Origin: a virus
Lineage: Duplodnaviria > Caudoviricetes
Strand: one strand, 5' to 3'
DNA: 64,000 nucleotides
Virus record (IMG/VR): IMGVR_UViG_3300037454_000475
Coordinates: 41,291-105,290 of that record
In this document: in pieces, positions 1-8,064 of the stretch
Layout of the letters: each line of letters starts with the position of its first letter
Numbering within the stretch: the first letter of the stretch is position 1
Notes under the pieces: generated by a model
Databases searched by the model: none
Told to the model about the DNA's origin: nothing
The model's input: only the letters and a program-made list of their open reading frames with translations
Translations under genes and position numbers: made by a program

Positions 1-104
1 TACGTGGGAACGTGTCCCACTTTCTATCTCTATTTATCTCGTGCTCGGAGTACGGAGCGAGCCCCTGTCGTTAATCACCATCCTTACCGTAAATGGCGAT
101 TTAG

Positions 105-192
105 TAGCGGGAGGAGGATTCGAACCTCCGACCTCCTTTTGGGAAGTACTGGCTTATGAGACCAGCGAGATAGTCCACTTCTCTACCCCGCG
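105..192 (-). tRNA. tRNA-Met(CAT), initiator-like, with a long variable arm
   Basis: Cloverleaf CGCGGGG...CTCATAA...GGTTCGAATCC; C1:U72 mismatch; 19-nt variable region with a hairpin. Confidence 0.8.
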
Positions 193-206
193 ATGTGTTT
201 TTAATG

Positions 207-363
207 TGGCCCCTCAAGGATTCGAACCTCGTACGCTTTCCAAAGCAGGGGCTCTTTGGAGTTTAATATCGAAAAACTCCTCGGGATCTAAAACGCATGA
301 CTTTCACATGATAGCCCAAGAGCTCTGTTGGGATATATAATAATCACCAGTCGTTAAGGGGCA
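207..363 (-). ncRNA. tRNA-framed RNA: acceptor stem and T-arm enclosing ~120 nt of hairpins
   Basis: GCCCCT/AGGGGC acceptor, CGAGG-TTCGAAT-CCTTG T-arm, four internal hairpins, no anticodon arm recognisable. Confidence 0.6.
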
Positions 364-389
364 ATTACTCCCTGTAGTTAGGTGAACTG

Positions 390-463
390 TGGTCCCGGGA
401 GGATTCGAACCTCCGACCTGCTGATTATGAGTCAGCTGCTCTAACCTGCTGCGCTACAAGACC
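390..463 (-). tRNA. tRNA-Ile2/Met (CAT)
   Basis: Canonical cloverleaf, GCTGA-CTCATAA-TCAGC; resembles lysidine-type Ile2. Confidence 0.85.
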
Positions 464-623
464 GAAGGATAATGTCCTTGTTTTCCGGCGAGAGGAGGCG
501 CTTTGCAAAGATTTTTGGACGTAATAACATCCAGTCCGGAGCTCCTCAAGGAACGGTATTATACGGTGCACCGAACGCAGATTTACATGGAATTAACCAA
601 TACGGCGTACAAGCGACATTATT

Positions 624-695
624 GCGGGGAGAACAGGATTCGAACCCATCTTATTTACGGCCTATGAACTTACTTTACCGGTATTAGCTCTTCCC
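624..695 (-). ncRNA. Degenerate tRNA-like element
   Basis: T-arm ATGGG-TTCGAAT-CCTGT and acceptor GGGAAGA/TCTCCCC; D and anticodon arms not canonical. Confidence 0.4.
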
Positions 696-774
696 GGTGT
701 TTCTTTTCAAATCCAACCTAACGGATAAAAGCCGGCCTCACGTTAGGAGCATCCCCAATATTTGTTTCCGGCAT

Positions 775-852
775 TGGTTGCGGGAACCGGATTCGAACCG
801 GTGTGGAACGGCTTATGAGACCGTGCTGGAACCATCTCCAGTCTATCCCGCA
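775..852 (-). tRNA. tRNA-Met(CAT)
   Basis: Cloverleaf, ACGGT-CTCATAA-GCCGT, encoded CCA. Confidence 0.85.
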
Positions 853-860
853 ATAAATAG

Positions 861-977
861 GTGCTTGGGTTGGACTCGCACCAACAACCTTCCGGTCTCA
901 TCCGGAGGCTCTACATAACCGCGGTGGTATTGATCAGATACCTGCTGACATCATGCCCCTATTTGAGCTACCAAGCT
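861..977 (-). ncRNA. tRNA-like RNA with ~53-nt D-loop and 6-nt anticodon loop
   Basis: GCTTGG/CCAAGC acceptor, GCTC/GAGC D-stem, TCCGG-ATGAGA-CCGGA, GTTGG-TGCGAGT-CCAAC. Confidence 0.65.
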
Positions 978-1500
978 ACGCATGTGCACTGCGCTTTTGA
1001 TTGTTTGGTGTATTAACGCCACACCGGCGTATTGGACGCCGATCAGATGACCGCATCGGCGCGCGGACTCTTGCTGTTAACGCAATAGTTGCAACGACCT
1101 TTCATGATTAGACTTTGCCTTCGTCGTCCCGGCGCCGTCCCTACTGGATCTGTTGGAGTCTGTCCCACTTCCGTTCCGTTCCTGTAAGAGTATCGAACAT
1201 CCGTGGTAAGCCGTCTTTCGGGAACCAAATATGTTTATCGCTTCCGGCATTGCATCGGCCCTCTCTTTGTGAATATATGGTCGTCTTTGGGCTTCTTGGC
1301 GGATTGGCTGGATGTTATCGCCTTTTCGGCCACGTGATCTTTCACAGCATCAGCGCCTTTCAATCCTGATGGTTTCCTGTTACATCGGGTGCCTATCATT
1401 TCAGCTACCTTTCATTTCGGCAGGAGTTAATTGAGGGGCGGACACGGGTCGGCCCAGGGCGGCAAAAGCCGCGGAATTACTCCACCCAGTTTAATCACAA

Positions 1501-1577
1501 TGGTGGACACAGAAGGGCTTCGAACCCTCGACCTCCTGACTGCCAGTCAGGCGTTCTACCAACTGAACTACTGGCCC
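1501..1577 (-). tRNA. tRNA-Ala(GGC)
   Basis: CCTGA-CTGGCAG-TCAGG, G3:U70, encoded CCA, one bulge in the acceptor stem. Confidence 0.85.
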
Positions 1578-1897
1578 ATAACATTCTCGGATGTTTTCTC
1601 CTTTATCTTATCACAAGACCAATTTCAGGTCAACTACCACTTGCAAATCTAACTCTTTGTTTGCGCGCGGGGAGGTTGTCGATCCTCCGTCTTCCGTGAA
1701 TGCTTTGATAAACACACTTCGGTTCTTTGTTGAGCTCGCGGATGGCATTTTATGGCTCCAATTCACCGGCGGGGTCATGACTCCCCAATGGCTGTCCGTT
1801 ATATTTCTATGGTTTAATCTTTCAACCTCCGAGGTCGTTCGGCGTTCCTCTGTAGGTTTTTTAATGCGCGCTAACCTACTTAATTATTGTGTGTTTG

Positions 1898-1970
1898 TCG
1901 GGTTAGGTGGGCTCGAACCACCGACCTATCGCGTATCAGGCGAGTGCTCTACCAACTGAGCTACAACCCG
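1898..1970 (-). tRNA. tRNA-Ile(GAT)
   Basis: Cloverleaf, loop CTGATAC. Confidence 0.9.
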
Positions 1971-2244
1971 GTGAGGCGGATGGAATCACTTCTTTCCGCC
2001 AATCTCATGGATACGACCAATCACTTTCCGTTTATTCGGTACTGTCAGGTGTTGGGTCGATTACTTCCACCACCCTACTGGCAGCGATCTCCTGATTTCA
2101 GCATATAGCAAACCGGTGAGTTTTGGGCCGCTTTCGGCCACGGGTGTGATTTAGTAACGTGAAATCGTATCCGTATATCTTTACCGCCCATTATACAAAG
2201 TTCCGTTCAGGTGGTTAACCATCCCTTCCAGCGATATGTGGCGG

Positions 2245-2320
2245 ATAAGAATCAATCAAATGTCTCCCAATATGTCAAAGAACGTTGTTCTTTGTTGTTG
2301 GAACCTTGTTCCTTCAACAC
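2245..2320 (-). promoter_or_regulatory. Leader with hairpin and boxA (GTTCTTTGACATATT), copy 1
   Basis: 39 nt identical to 9619-9657; directly downstream of a promoter. Confidence 0.7.
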
Positions 2321-2321
2321 C

Positions 2322-2353
2322 TATATATAATAAACACCGCTGATTTATTAACA
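2322..2353 (-). promoter_or_regulatory. Phage promoter TGTTAA-N18-TATATATA
   Basis: One of 7 copies with identical spacing. Confidence 0.75.
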
Positions 2354-2378
2354 AGGAAATTGAAAAAAAAATCGCTTG

Positions 2379-2449
2379 AGGCTCTTACTGGACTCGAACC
2401 AGTGTCTGTTGACTACGAAACAACTATTCTACCCCTAAACTAAAAAGCC
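2379..2449 (-). tRNA. tRNA-Thr(CGT)
   Basis: Cloverleaf, loop TTCGTAG. Confidence 0.8.
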
Positions 2450-2533
2450 ATGGACGGGGTTTTTGTTATTTTCTCATCGAGTGTTAGCCCCCGAAACTCA
2501 TAACTCGATAAAGTTGGGCGCTACCCAACACGC

Positions 2534-2606
2534 GGCGTATGTGCGGTGCTCGAACCCGCCAACAGGAGATTTGGTCCCCTCGCTCGCCATCTTGCGTTAC
2601 ATACTC
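2534..2606 (-). ncRNA. tRNA-like RNA with 5-nt anticodon loop
   Basis: GTATG/CATAC acceptor, AGGGGA-CCAAA-TCTCCT, GGTTCGAGC T-loop. Confidence 0.5.
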
Positions 2607-2692
2607 ATATGCGGTTAATTACTCCGCACGGGTACCCTCTCTTTCTCTTTCAATACCGCGTCCGATATTTACTCATACTCAAGTCAGGTCTG

Positions 2693-2773
2693 TACCCCGA
2701 GAGGGACTCGAACCCTCACCCTTTCGGACTGGGTTTTGAAGCCAGCGCGTCCTGCCAATTTCGCCACCGGGGT
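2693..2773 (-). tRNA. tRNA-Leu(CAA)
   Basis: Class II cloverleaf, loop TTCAAAA. Confidence 0.85.
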
Positions 2774-2951
2774 GTAAATAGGATTTCCTCTTATACTACC
2801 CATGAGGGAAACCCAAAAAGCTAACATGCACGTACACATACGATTACGTGACCCATCGGTGTCCCATATCCATCACCGAAGCGATGCACAGAGGGTGTGA
2901 GCAGCTGTACGATCCCAAGTACTGACCGGTACTTCGTTGGGCTTTCATGTC

Positions 2952-3911
2952 TTATATCTTCCCGTTAAACGGGTTCGGTATTCCGTAAATTTTGTAGATC
3001 AAATGATCATTTATATCAAATGGGTTACCATACAACTTCGAGTACCTAAATATGCAATCGTTCTTGTATTTTTCAAACATTTCATCGGTATAGGTAAGTT
3101 CCTTGTACTTCTCCCTAAAATCCATGGCAGCTTTCCAATCAAGATCCCGGATATCCTCAACCGGATCATCCATAACCGTTAACAAACCTTCAAAATAATT
3201 GAATGTGGAAGCTGATGTCAGTATATGTTTACCCATACAGATGTTCTCAAATATGCGAACCACATTTTGTGAAATTGCGGTATCCGATTCCGGGTTATGA
3301 GGTACGTCCAAAATAAATTTGGTGTTGTACACAACATCCTTGATTTCGTTGGGTCTCAATCCTTCGATACAATAAAATGACTTATCAATAAGTTTGATTT
3401 CATCAAAATATTTTTTTCTCGAACTTGATGCTTGACCAAAAAATCCAAGATTATAATCATAATCCCCGGAATTTCCGATGTGCTCTGATTGATTGTAAAA
3501 TCTTAATGGCATCCACTTGAGCTTGTTCCATTGATTTGGGAGGAGTTCCTTGTAATACTCAAAGGATTCCAGCCACAAAAGCCATATTTCATCAACATCC
3601 TGCAACCATTCATCTTCCATGTACGGCATAACCCAATACGGTGAATGTTCGGTTTCAAGTAATATCAACTTATTGTATCTCGCCTTTATTTCCTTGAGAT
3701 CGTACAAATTGATTGGTTGGGTTGGATATGGCTTTATGTCAAACGGAGCTTTTTTCGAATCAAACCGATCAATACATGGCCAATTGAATATGAGTGTCCC
3801 TTGTGGTTCGGTTTCATCATAGTGCTCAAGGATCATATCCCGAACGCTTGTGATATCCGAATTGAAGAATACACTAATATTTTTGCCACGTTGCAAATAG
3901 TTGATCTTCAT
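2952..3911 (-). CDS. Putative GT-B glycosyltransferase (319 aa) inserted in the tRNA array
   Basis: Start reassigned to MKINYL; C-terminal LGFFG..RKK / NTKFILDV / RIFENICMGK resembles CgeB/GT1-like domains. Confidence 0.55.
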   Translation of the reverse strand: MKINYLQRGKNISVFFNSDITSVRDMILEHYDETEPQGTLIFNWPCIDRFDSKKAPFDIKPYPTQPINLYDLKEIKARYNKLILLETEHSPYWVMPYMEDEWLQDVDEIWLLWLESFEYYKELLPNQWNKLKWMPLRFYNQSEHIGNSGDYDYNLGFFGQASSSRKKYFDEIKLIDKSFYCIEGLRPNEIKDVVYNTKFILDVPHNPESDTAISQNVVRIFENICMGKHILTSASTFNYFEGLLTVMDDPVEDIRDLDWKAAMDFREKYKELTYTDEMFEKYKNDCIFRYSKLYGNPFDINDHLIYKIYGIPNPFNGKI

Positions 3912-3928
3912 ATGTTTGCTTTTTATTG

Positions 3929-3997
3929 CACAACCTGTGAGGAATTGAACCTCAACCCCCGGCCGCGCCGGTGCTCTATACCGTGAGCTACAGGTGT
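3929..3997 (-). ncRNA. tRNA-like RNA with a 3-nt anticodon loop
   Basis: Normal D-arm GCTC/GAGC and T-arm; anticodon arm CCGGC-GCG-GCCGG. Confidence 0.65.
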
Positions 3998-4152
3998 ACT
4001 TCCGAATCGCACGGAATGCGGTTCCTTCAGGAGCCGGTAACTCTGTTTCCACCAGTTGGGTCAGGAACATACCCCCGCCTATTGCTACCAAGACGGCTAA
4101 TCCCTTCTCTTTTATATCGCCCGGTAGGGAACGTGCTATCACATGTGAAAAG

Positions 4153-4223
4153 TTGTCCCGTCGGGATTCGAACCCAAAATTACAGATCCAAAATCTGTCG
4201 TGTTACCGTTACACTACGAGACA
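4153..4223 (-). tRNA. tRNA-Gln(TTG)
   Basis: Cloverleaf, ACAGA-TTTTGGA-TCTGT. Confidence 0.9.
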
Positions 4224-4336
4224 ATAGTAACCCAACCTACCTCAACTTCTATTTTGCTTCATTGGCATCCTGAACCTCCGGAGAGTGGAACTTAAACCCT
4301 TTCACTGGTCTTTCAACCTTCTATCGGTTGGGTTTG

Positions 4337-4408
4337 TTGTTCTAACTGGATTCGAACCAATTCCTCCTGATCCAGGGTCAGGTGTACTACCGGATATACT
4401 ATGGAACA
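4337..4408 (-). tRNA. tRNA-Gln(CTG)
   Basis: CCTGA-CCCTGGA-TCAGG; C33 instead of U33. Confidence 0.8.
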
Positions 4409-4450
4409 ATCAACTTTGGTATAATATATGAAACCTTTACAAGAATTTCG

Positions 4451-4849
4451 TTATTCAACAATATTTATTCGGCAATTGCAGTTCTCATAAGATATCTTAC
4501 CATCTCCATTTTCAAGTATGTAATAATAATCATCCTGTGTTATTTCCAACCCTTTGAATCTGCATTGGTTGCCTCTGTGATCAATGACTTGTTTTCCAAG
4601 GTTATATTTCACATATTCACATATTGGCTTCATATTTCCGCATCCGGATCTTTCGATTTGTGAATCAACAAAATCTTCCGGTTTGGTAAGTTGAAGGCTG
4701 TAACCAATAGTGCTGAAATACGATGGAGTAAATAGTCCCAATCTTGTAAATATGCGGAACCATATACTTTCATACCAATCAAGCATCTGCTTTATGGATT
4801 TGAATCGTATTGTGTAATGAAATGGTAACCTTAAACGCATATACCGCAT
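4451..4849 (-). CDS. Hypothetical protein
   Basis: 132-aa AT-rich ORF between tRNAs. Confidence 0.65.
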   Translation of the reverse strand: MRYMRLRLPFHYTIRFKSIKQMLDWYESIWFRIFTRLGLFTPSYFSTIGYSLQLTKPEDFVDSQIERSGCGNMKPICEYVKYNLGKQVIDHRGNQCRFKGLEITQDDYYYILENGDGKISYENCNCRINIVE

Positions 4850-4866
4850 ATACCATATTTTATTTG

Positions 4867-4941
4867 CCCGAACGAACGGTTACGATCCGTCTATTTTACC
4901 GGAGTGACAGTCCGGTTCCTCACCAAGAGGCCTACGCTCGG
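4867..4941 (-). tRNA. tRNA-Asp(GTC), atypical T-loop
   Basis: CCGGA-CTGTCAC-TCCGG; T-loop ATCGTAA. Confidence 0.75.
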
Positions 4942-5000
4942 ATAGAACCACGCTTTATTTTTGTCATTGTATGATGAAGCATGGGTGAACATCACATGCG

Positions 5001-5156
5001 TGGGTATGGGTGGAATTGAACCTTGAACAACGCCGTTACTCCTGTCTTACTTGCCGCGGATTTTCGTACAGTTTCTCAACGCCGTAAACCTAACCCTCTA
5101 AATAAGAGGAACCTCCCTCACTGGAGGCCCCGCTACCGTTACGGGGTTACATACCC
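5001..5156 (-). ncRNA. tRNA-Tyr-like frame with anticodon arm replaced by a ~95-nt multi-hairpin insert
   Basis: GGGTATG/CATACCC acceptor, CCCCGTAACGGTAGCGGGG D-arm, GGTTCAATTCC. Confidence 0.6.
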
Positions 5157-5162
5157 ATATGT

Positions 5163-5236
5163 TGGCAGGGGTGGATGGAATCGAACCACCAACTACGGTT
5201 TTGGAGACCGGCATTATACCGTTTAACTACACCCCT
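5163..5236 (-). tRNA. tRNA-Trp(CCA)
   Basis: Loop CTCCAAA, encoded CCA. Confidence 0.9.
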
Positions 5237-5330
5237 ATACGTGTACCATTCACCATGTTCGAACGGTACCAATGTCACCACAACTCTATTGTTTCACCAT
5301 TATGTCCGGAGCGGTGGGAGAAGACACGCG

Positions 5331-5403
5331 TGGGAAGGAGTGGAGTCGAACCACTATCTTCGGATTTTCAGTCCGCCGCATAGACCTGCTTTGCTACCTT
5401 CCC
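5331..5403 (-). tRNA. tRNA-Phe(GAA)
   Basis: Loop CTGAAAA. Confidence 0.9.
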
Positions 5404-5410
5404 ATATATG

Positions 5411-5493
5411 CGGAGAGCAGAGGAATCGAACCTCATACGTTGCCGTACACACAATTTAGCAGAATGGTTCCTTGCCTGAAGGATTTACTCTCC
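5411..5493 (-). tRNA. tRNA-Ser(GCT)
   Basis: Class II, loop CTGCTAA, weak anticodon stem. Confidence 0.75.
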
Positions 5494-5502
5494 ATTAAGA
5501 AA

Positions 5503-5781
5503 AAACCGAGTAAGAATTGATGATCACGAAGACCTCGAATTACATGGCGAGCTACGGACTGGAGAAACGGCGGCTGGTTACGCCGATTGCATTACCACGT
5601 AGGGTTTTACCTCCTGTTGCGTTGCGCGTATGGCTCCTCACGGACAAGACCCTTTCGGGGTACCAACACTCTTCACGGAGCTGACGGTCTGCCTTCGGCT
5701 ACCGGCGCCTACATGCACGCTTATTCCGGAATTACACGTACACTTACCTCCGACACTACTGGGTGGCCCTATACTCGGTTT
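5503..5781 (-). ncRNA. Candidate ~280-nt structured RNA
   Basis: Closed by a perfect 10-bp stem AAACCGAGTA/TACTCGGTTT; internal GNRA hairpins (CCCC-GAAA-GGG, CTCC-GTGA-AGAG). Confidence 0.5.
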
Positions 5782-5799
5782 AACCGAATGAACGGTTTG

Positions 5800-5876
5800 T
5801 GGAGCAGATGACGGGGTTCGAACCCGCAAACCTCCTGCTTGGCAAGCAGGCTATCTACCAATTGATATACATCTGC
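5800..5876 (-). tRNA. tRNA-Gly(GCC)
   Basis: CCTGC-TTGCCAA-GCAGG, encoded CCA. Confidence 0.9.
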
Positions 5877-6061
5877 ATGGATGCAAGTCGCTAACGTTCT
5901 CTCGAAACCTCACTTGCGAACCCGGCCGTGGTTCATGGTTTTGGCTGATCTACCTCCTCACAGCTGGCGCCCGGATTATATGGCAAATCCGGGTTAGCCC
6001 CGTTTTACTCCGCCGGGAAGCACTTATTGTCTCCGGCCCCCGGTCGCTTAACGGTACAGCG

Positions 6062-6143
6062 TTGGAAGGGAGGGATTCGAACCCCCGAACCCAATGGGAG
6101 TGGATTTACAGTCCACCGCGTTTAACCACTTCGCTACCTTCCA
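6062..6143 (-). tRNA. tRNA-Tyr(GTA)
   Basis: GTGGA-CTGTAAA-TCCAC, class II. Confidence 0.9.
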
Positions 6144-6286
6144 ATGTTTGGAACTAATGAAGCTGTGTCAACTTTCATTCTTCATCCGAGTTAAAGAATT
6201 ATCTGTCATTTAACTAATGTGACCATTGTATTCAAGGCGCCCGGCCACTATCCTCGGTTTTTGTACTTCATGTCATTGTCCCATTG

Positions 6287-6382
6287 TGCCGCCGGTAGGG
6301 CTCGAACCTACTTACTGCTAAAGTCCACTACGAAAATTTGTTAAAGCAGATCGGTTTTACAGACCGGTTCCGTTACGTCGGC
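6287..6382 (-). ncRNA. D-armless tRNA(GTA)-like RNA with ~39-nt variable arm
   Basis: 8-nt connector instead of D-arm; CGGT-CTGTAAA-ACCG; CTGCT/AGCAG variable stem; GTAGG-TTCGAGC-CCTAC. Confidence 0.65.
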
Positions 6383-6427
6383 ATTATAATAACTCCCATA
6401 TTACTTGGCTGTATACCCTATAGGAAC

Positions 6428-6489
6428 GTGCGTTGTTTGGAGTCGAACCAAATTCAGTAACAGCATCACTTGACAAATGCTTCGCGCAC
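6428..6489 (-). ncRNA. Mini tRNA-like element lacking an anticodon arm
   Basis: GTGCG/CGCAC ends, GCAT/ATGC hairpin, TTTGG-TTCGACT-CCAAA. Confidence 0.5.
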
Positions 6490-6523
6490 TACCTTTCCAG
6501 TTTATACAGCATGAAAGGAATTG

Positions 6524-6595
6524 AGCCGATGGAGGGATTCGAACCCCCGACCAACTGATTACAAAACAGTAGCGCTACCACTGCGCCACATCGGC
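6524..6595 (-). tRNA. tRNA-Thr(TGT)
   Basis: Loop TTTGTAA. Confidence 0.9.
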
Positions 6596-6602
6596 TTATC
6601 TG

Positions 6603-6676
6603 TCTCCCTGGAGGGACTCGAACCCCCAACCTTATGATCCGTAGTCATGCGCTCTATCCAATTGGGCTACAGGGAG
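6603..6676 (-). tRNA. tRNA-Arg(ACG)
   Basis: Loop CTACGGA. Confidence 0.9.
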
Positions 6677-6764
6677 GAGTTTGAAGAGTTACTACGCTAC
6701 CCTTCGAAGCTGTTCCAACGGTGCCTTATCAGGCAGCGATGGCCATTTTTGATCTATTGCCGTT

Positions 6765-6850
6765 TGGCGGAGAATTGAGGTATCGATCCCCATACAGAAT
6801 GTACAGCACGTTTTCAAGACGGCTCCCCTCACCATCAGGGTTAATTCTCC
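6765..6850 (-). tRNA. tRNA-Ser(TGA)
   Basis: Loop CTTGAAA, class II, encoded CCA, T-loop ATCGATA. Confidence 0.8.
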
Positions 6851-6949
6851 AATGGAGCCGCTTTCGAGTGATCCCGGACACTACCCCGGCGGGCGCGGCA
6901 TACCCATATGTGTTTGTGCGATTGTATCCTATAAAAGGTGGGTGAGAAC

Positions 6950-7250
6950 TACGCCCTCACCCGTGGCTGTGCTTCGGTGCCTAACTTTAGGCAGCGATAG
7001 CCATTTCAGTACGTGCGCCAGTTATTGCGCGGACACCATCTCTTTTGTTCCTTCGGCCGCTGTCAAAACCAAACACCCCCATATGAGAAGGTTTATACGA
7101 TACCTACAAACGTTTGGGGACACCGTATGGCATCGATCCACCACCGATTTTTACGAAATCGGAAACGTCTTTAATTGGCGAAAGAGTGGAGGTGACGGGA
7201 GTCGAACCCGTGTCCAAACGGATTATCTAACAAAATACAAACGATTGTGC
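6950..7250 (-). ncRNA. ssrA: Circularly permuted (two-piece) tmRNA; tag (A)GARTEMAIAA at 7019-6987
   Basis: Acceptor piece ending GGACACGGGTTCGACTCCCGTCACCTCCA (7187) lies upstream of 5' piece GGGGGTGTTTGGTTTTGACAGCGG (7080); 7-bp acceptor stem with G3:U; outer limits approximate. Confidence 0.9.
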
Positions 7251-7254
7251 CATG

Positions 7255-7328
7255 CGGTGTTGAAGGGGCTCGAACCCTCGACCTCCGCCGTGACAGGGCG
7301 GCATTCTAACCAGCTGAACTACAACACC
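7255..7328 (-). tRNA. tRNA-Asp(GTC)
   Basis: Canonical, CCGCC-CTGTCAC-GGCGG. Confidence 0.95.
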
Positions 7329-7451
7329 ATATAGAAATCCAACTCAAAAATCCGTAGACGTGGGGGTGAAAAAGGAAAGGAGGTGACCCACAAGCCGTTC
7401 GTTCGGCATCGGATTAAAACCTGTTGGATACTGCGGACGCAGTGGTTTTTG

Positions 7452-7524
7452 CGGGATCAGAAGGAATCGAACCTTCAACCTACGGATTAACAGTCCGGTG
7501 CTCTACCGATTGAGCTATGAACCC
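7452..7524 (-). tRNA. tRNA-Asn(GTT)
   Basis: Loop CTGTTAA. Confidence 0.9.
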
Positions 7525-7584
7525 ATATTTTGCAGATTTTATTGTCAGCTGGTAACGTCTGCAAACCTTACTGACAACCTTTCG

Positions 7585-7658
7585 CGGGGGAGGTGGGGAT
7601 CGAACCCACGACCATGTGCTTAACGGGCACCCGCTACGACCAACCGAGCTCCTCCCCC
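7585..7658 (-). tRNA. tRNA-Asn(GTT), C33 variant
   Basis: Loop CCGTTAA. Confidence 0.75.
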
Positions 7659-7669
7659 ATTATTAAAAG

Positions 7670-7742
7670 TACCACCGGTGGGATTCGAACCCACAACCTC
7701 ACGGTTAAGAGCCGCGAGCTCTGCCAATTGAGCTACGGAGGT
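7670..7742 (-). tRNA. tRNA-Lys(CTT)
   Basis: Loop CTCTTAA. Confidence 0.9.
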
Positions 7743-7822
7743 ATGATGATCGGATATTGTAGCATTAGGTACAAGTGCACCCTGAGGCATGTTTCACCTC
7801 GGATCTCGGCATATCCGATTTG

Positions 7823-7895
7823 TGCTCCCGGTGGGACTCGAACCCACAACTCCCACATTAAAAGTGTGGTACTCTGCCAGTTGAGTTACGAAAGC
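7823..7895 (-). tRNA. tRNA-Lys(TTT)
   Basis: CCACA-CTTTTAA-TGTGG. Confidence 0.9.
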
Positions 7896-7946
7896 CTACT
7901 GTTTACCTGATTTGTCGTCTTCCACGACAGTGCGTTTTCGTCTCAT
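7896..7946 (-). CDS. 16-aa mini-ORF MRRKRTVVEDDKSGKQ abutting tRNA-Lys
   Basis: A-rich leader, ATG; stop codon directly precedes tRNA nucleotide 1; paralog at 8055-8114. Confidence 0.5.
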   Translation of the reverse strand: MRRKRTVVEDDKSGKQ

Positions 7947-7988
7947 GTTATTAATTTTTTATTTGTTTCAGTTTAAGTGTGACTTAAT

Positions 7989-8064
7989 TGGTGCTCCCGC
8001 AGGGACTCGAACCCTGAACTCCCGGAGTAAAAGTCCGGTACTCTACCAATTAAGTTACGAGAGC
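7989..8064 (-). tRNA. tRNA-Lys(TTT)
   Basis: CCGGA-CTTTTAC-TCCGG, encoded CCA. Confidence 0.9.

Noticed and set aside
3912-4142. N-terminal 77 aa of ORF 2952-4142
   Set aside because: It overlaps a tRNA-like element; a better start is at 3911
5001-5156. Group I intron in a tRNA
   Set aside because: The insert (~95 nt) is too short, no P7 core is visible, and removing it does not restore a clean anticodon arm
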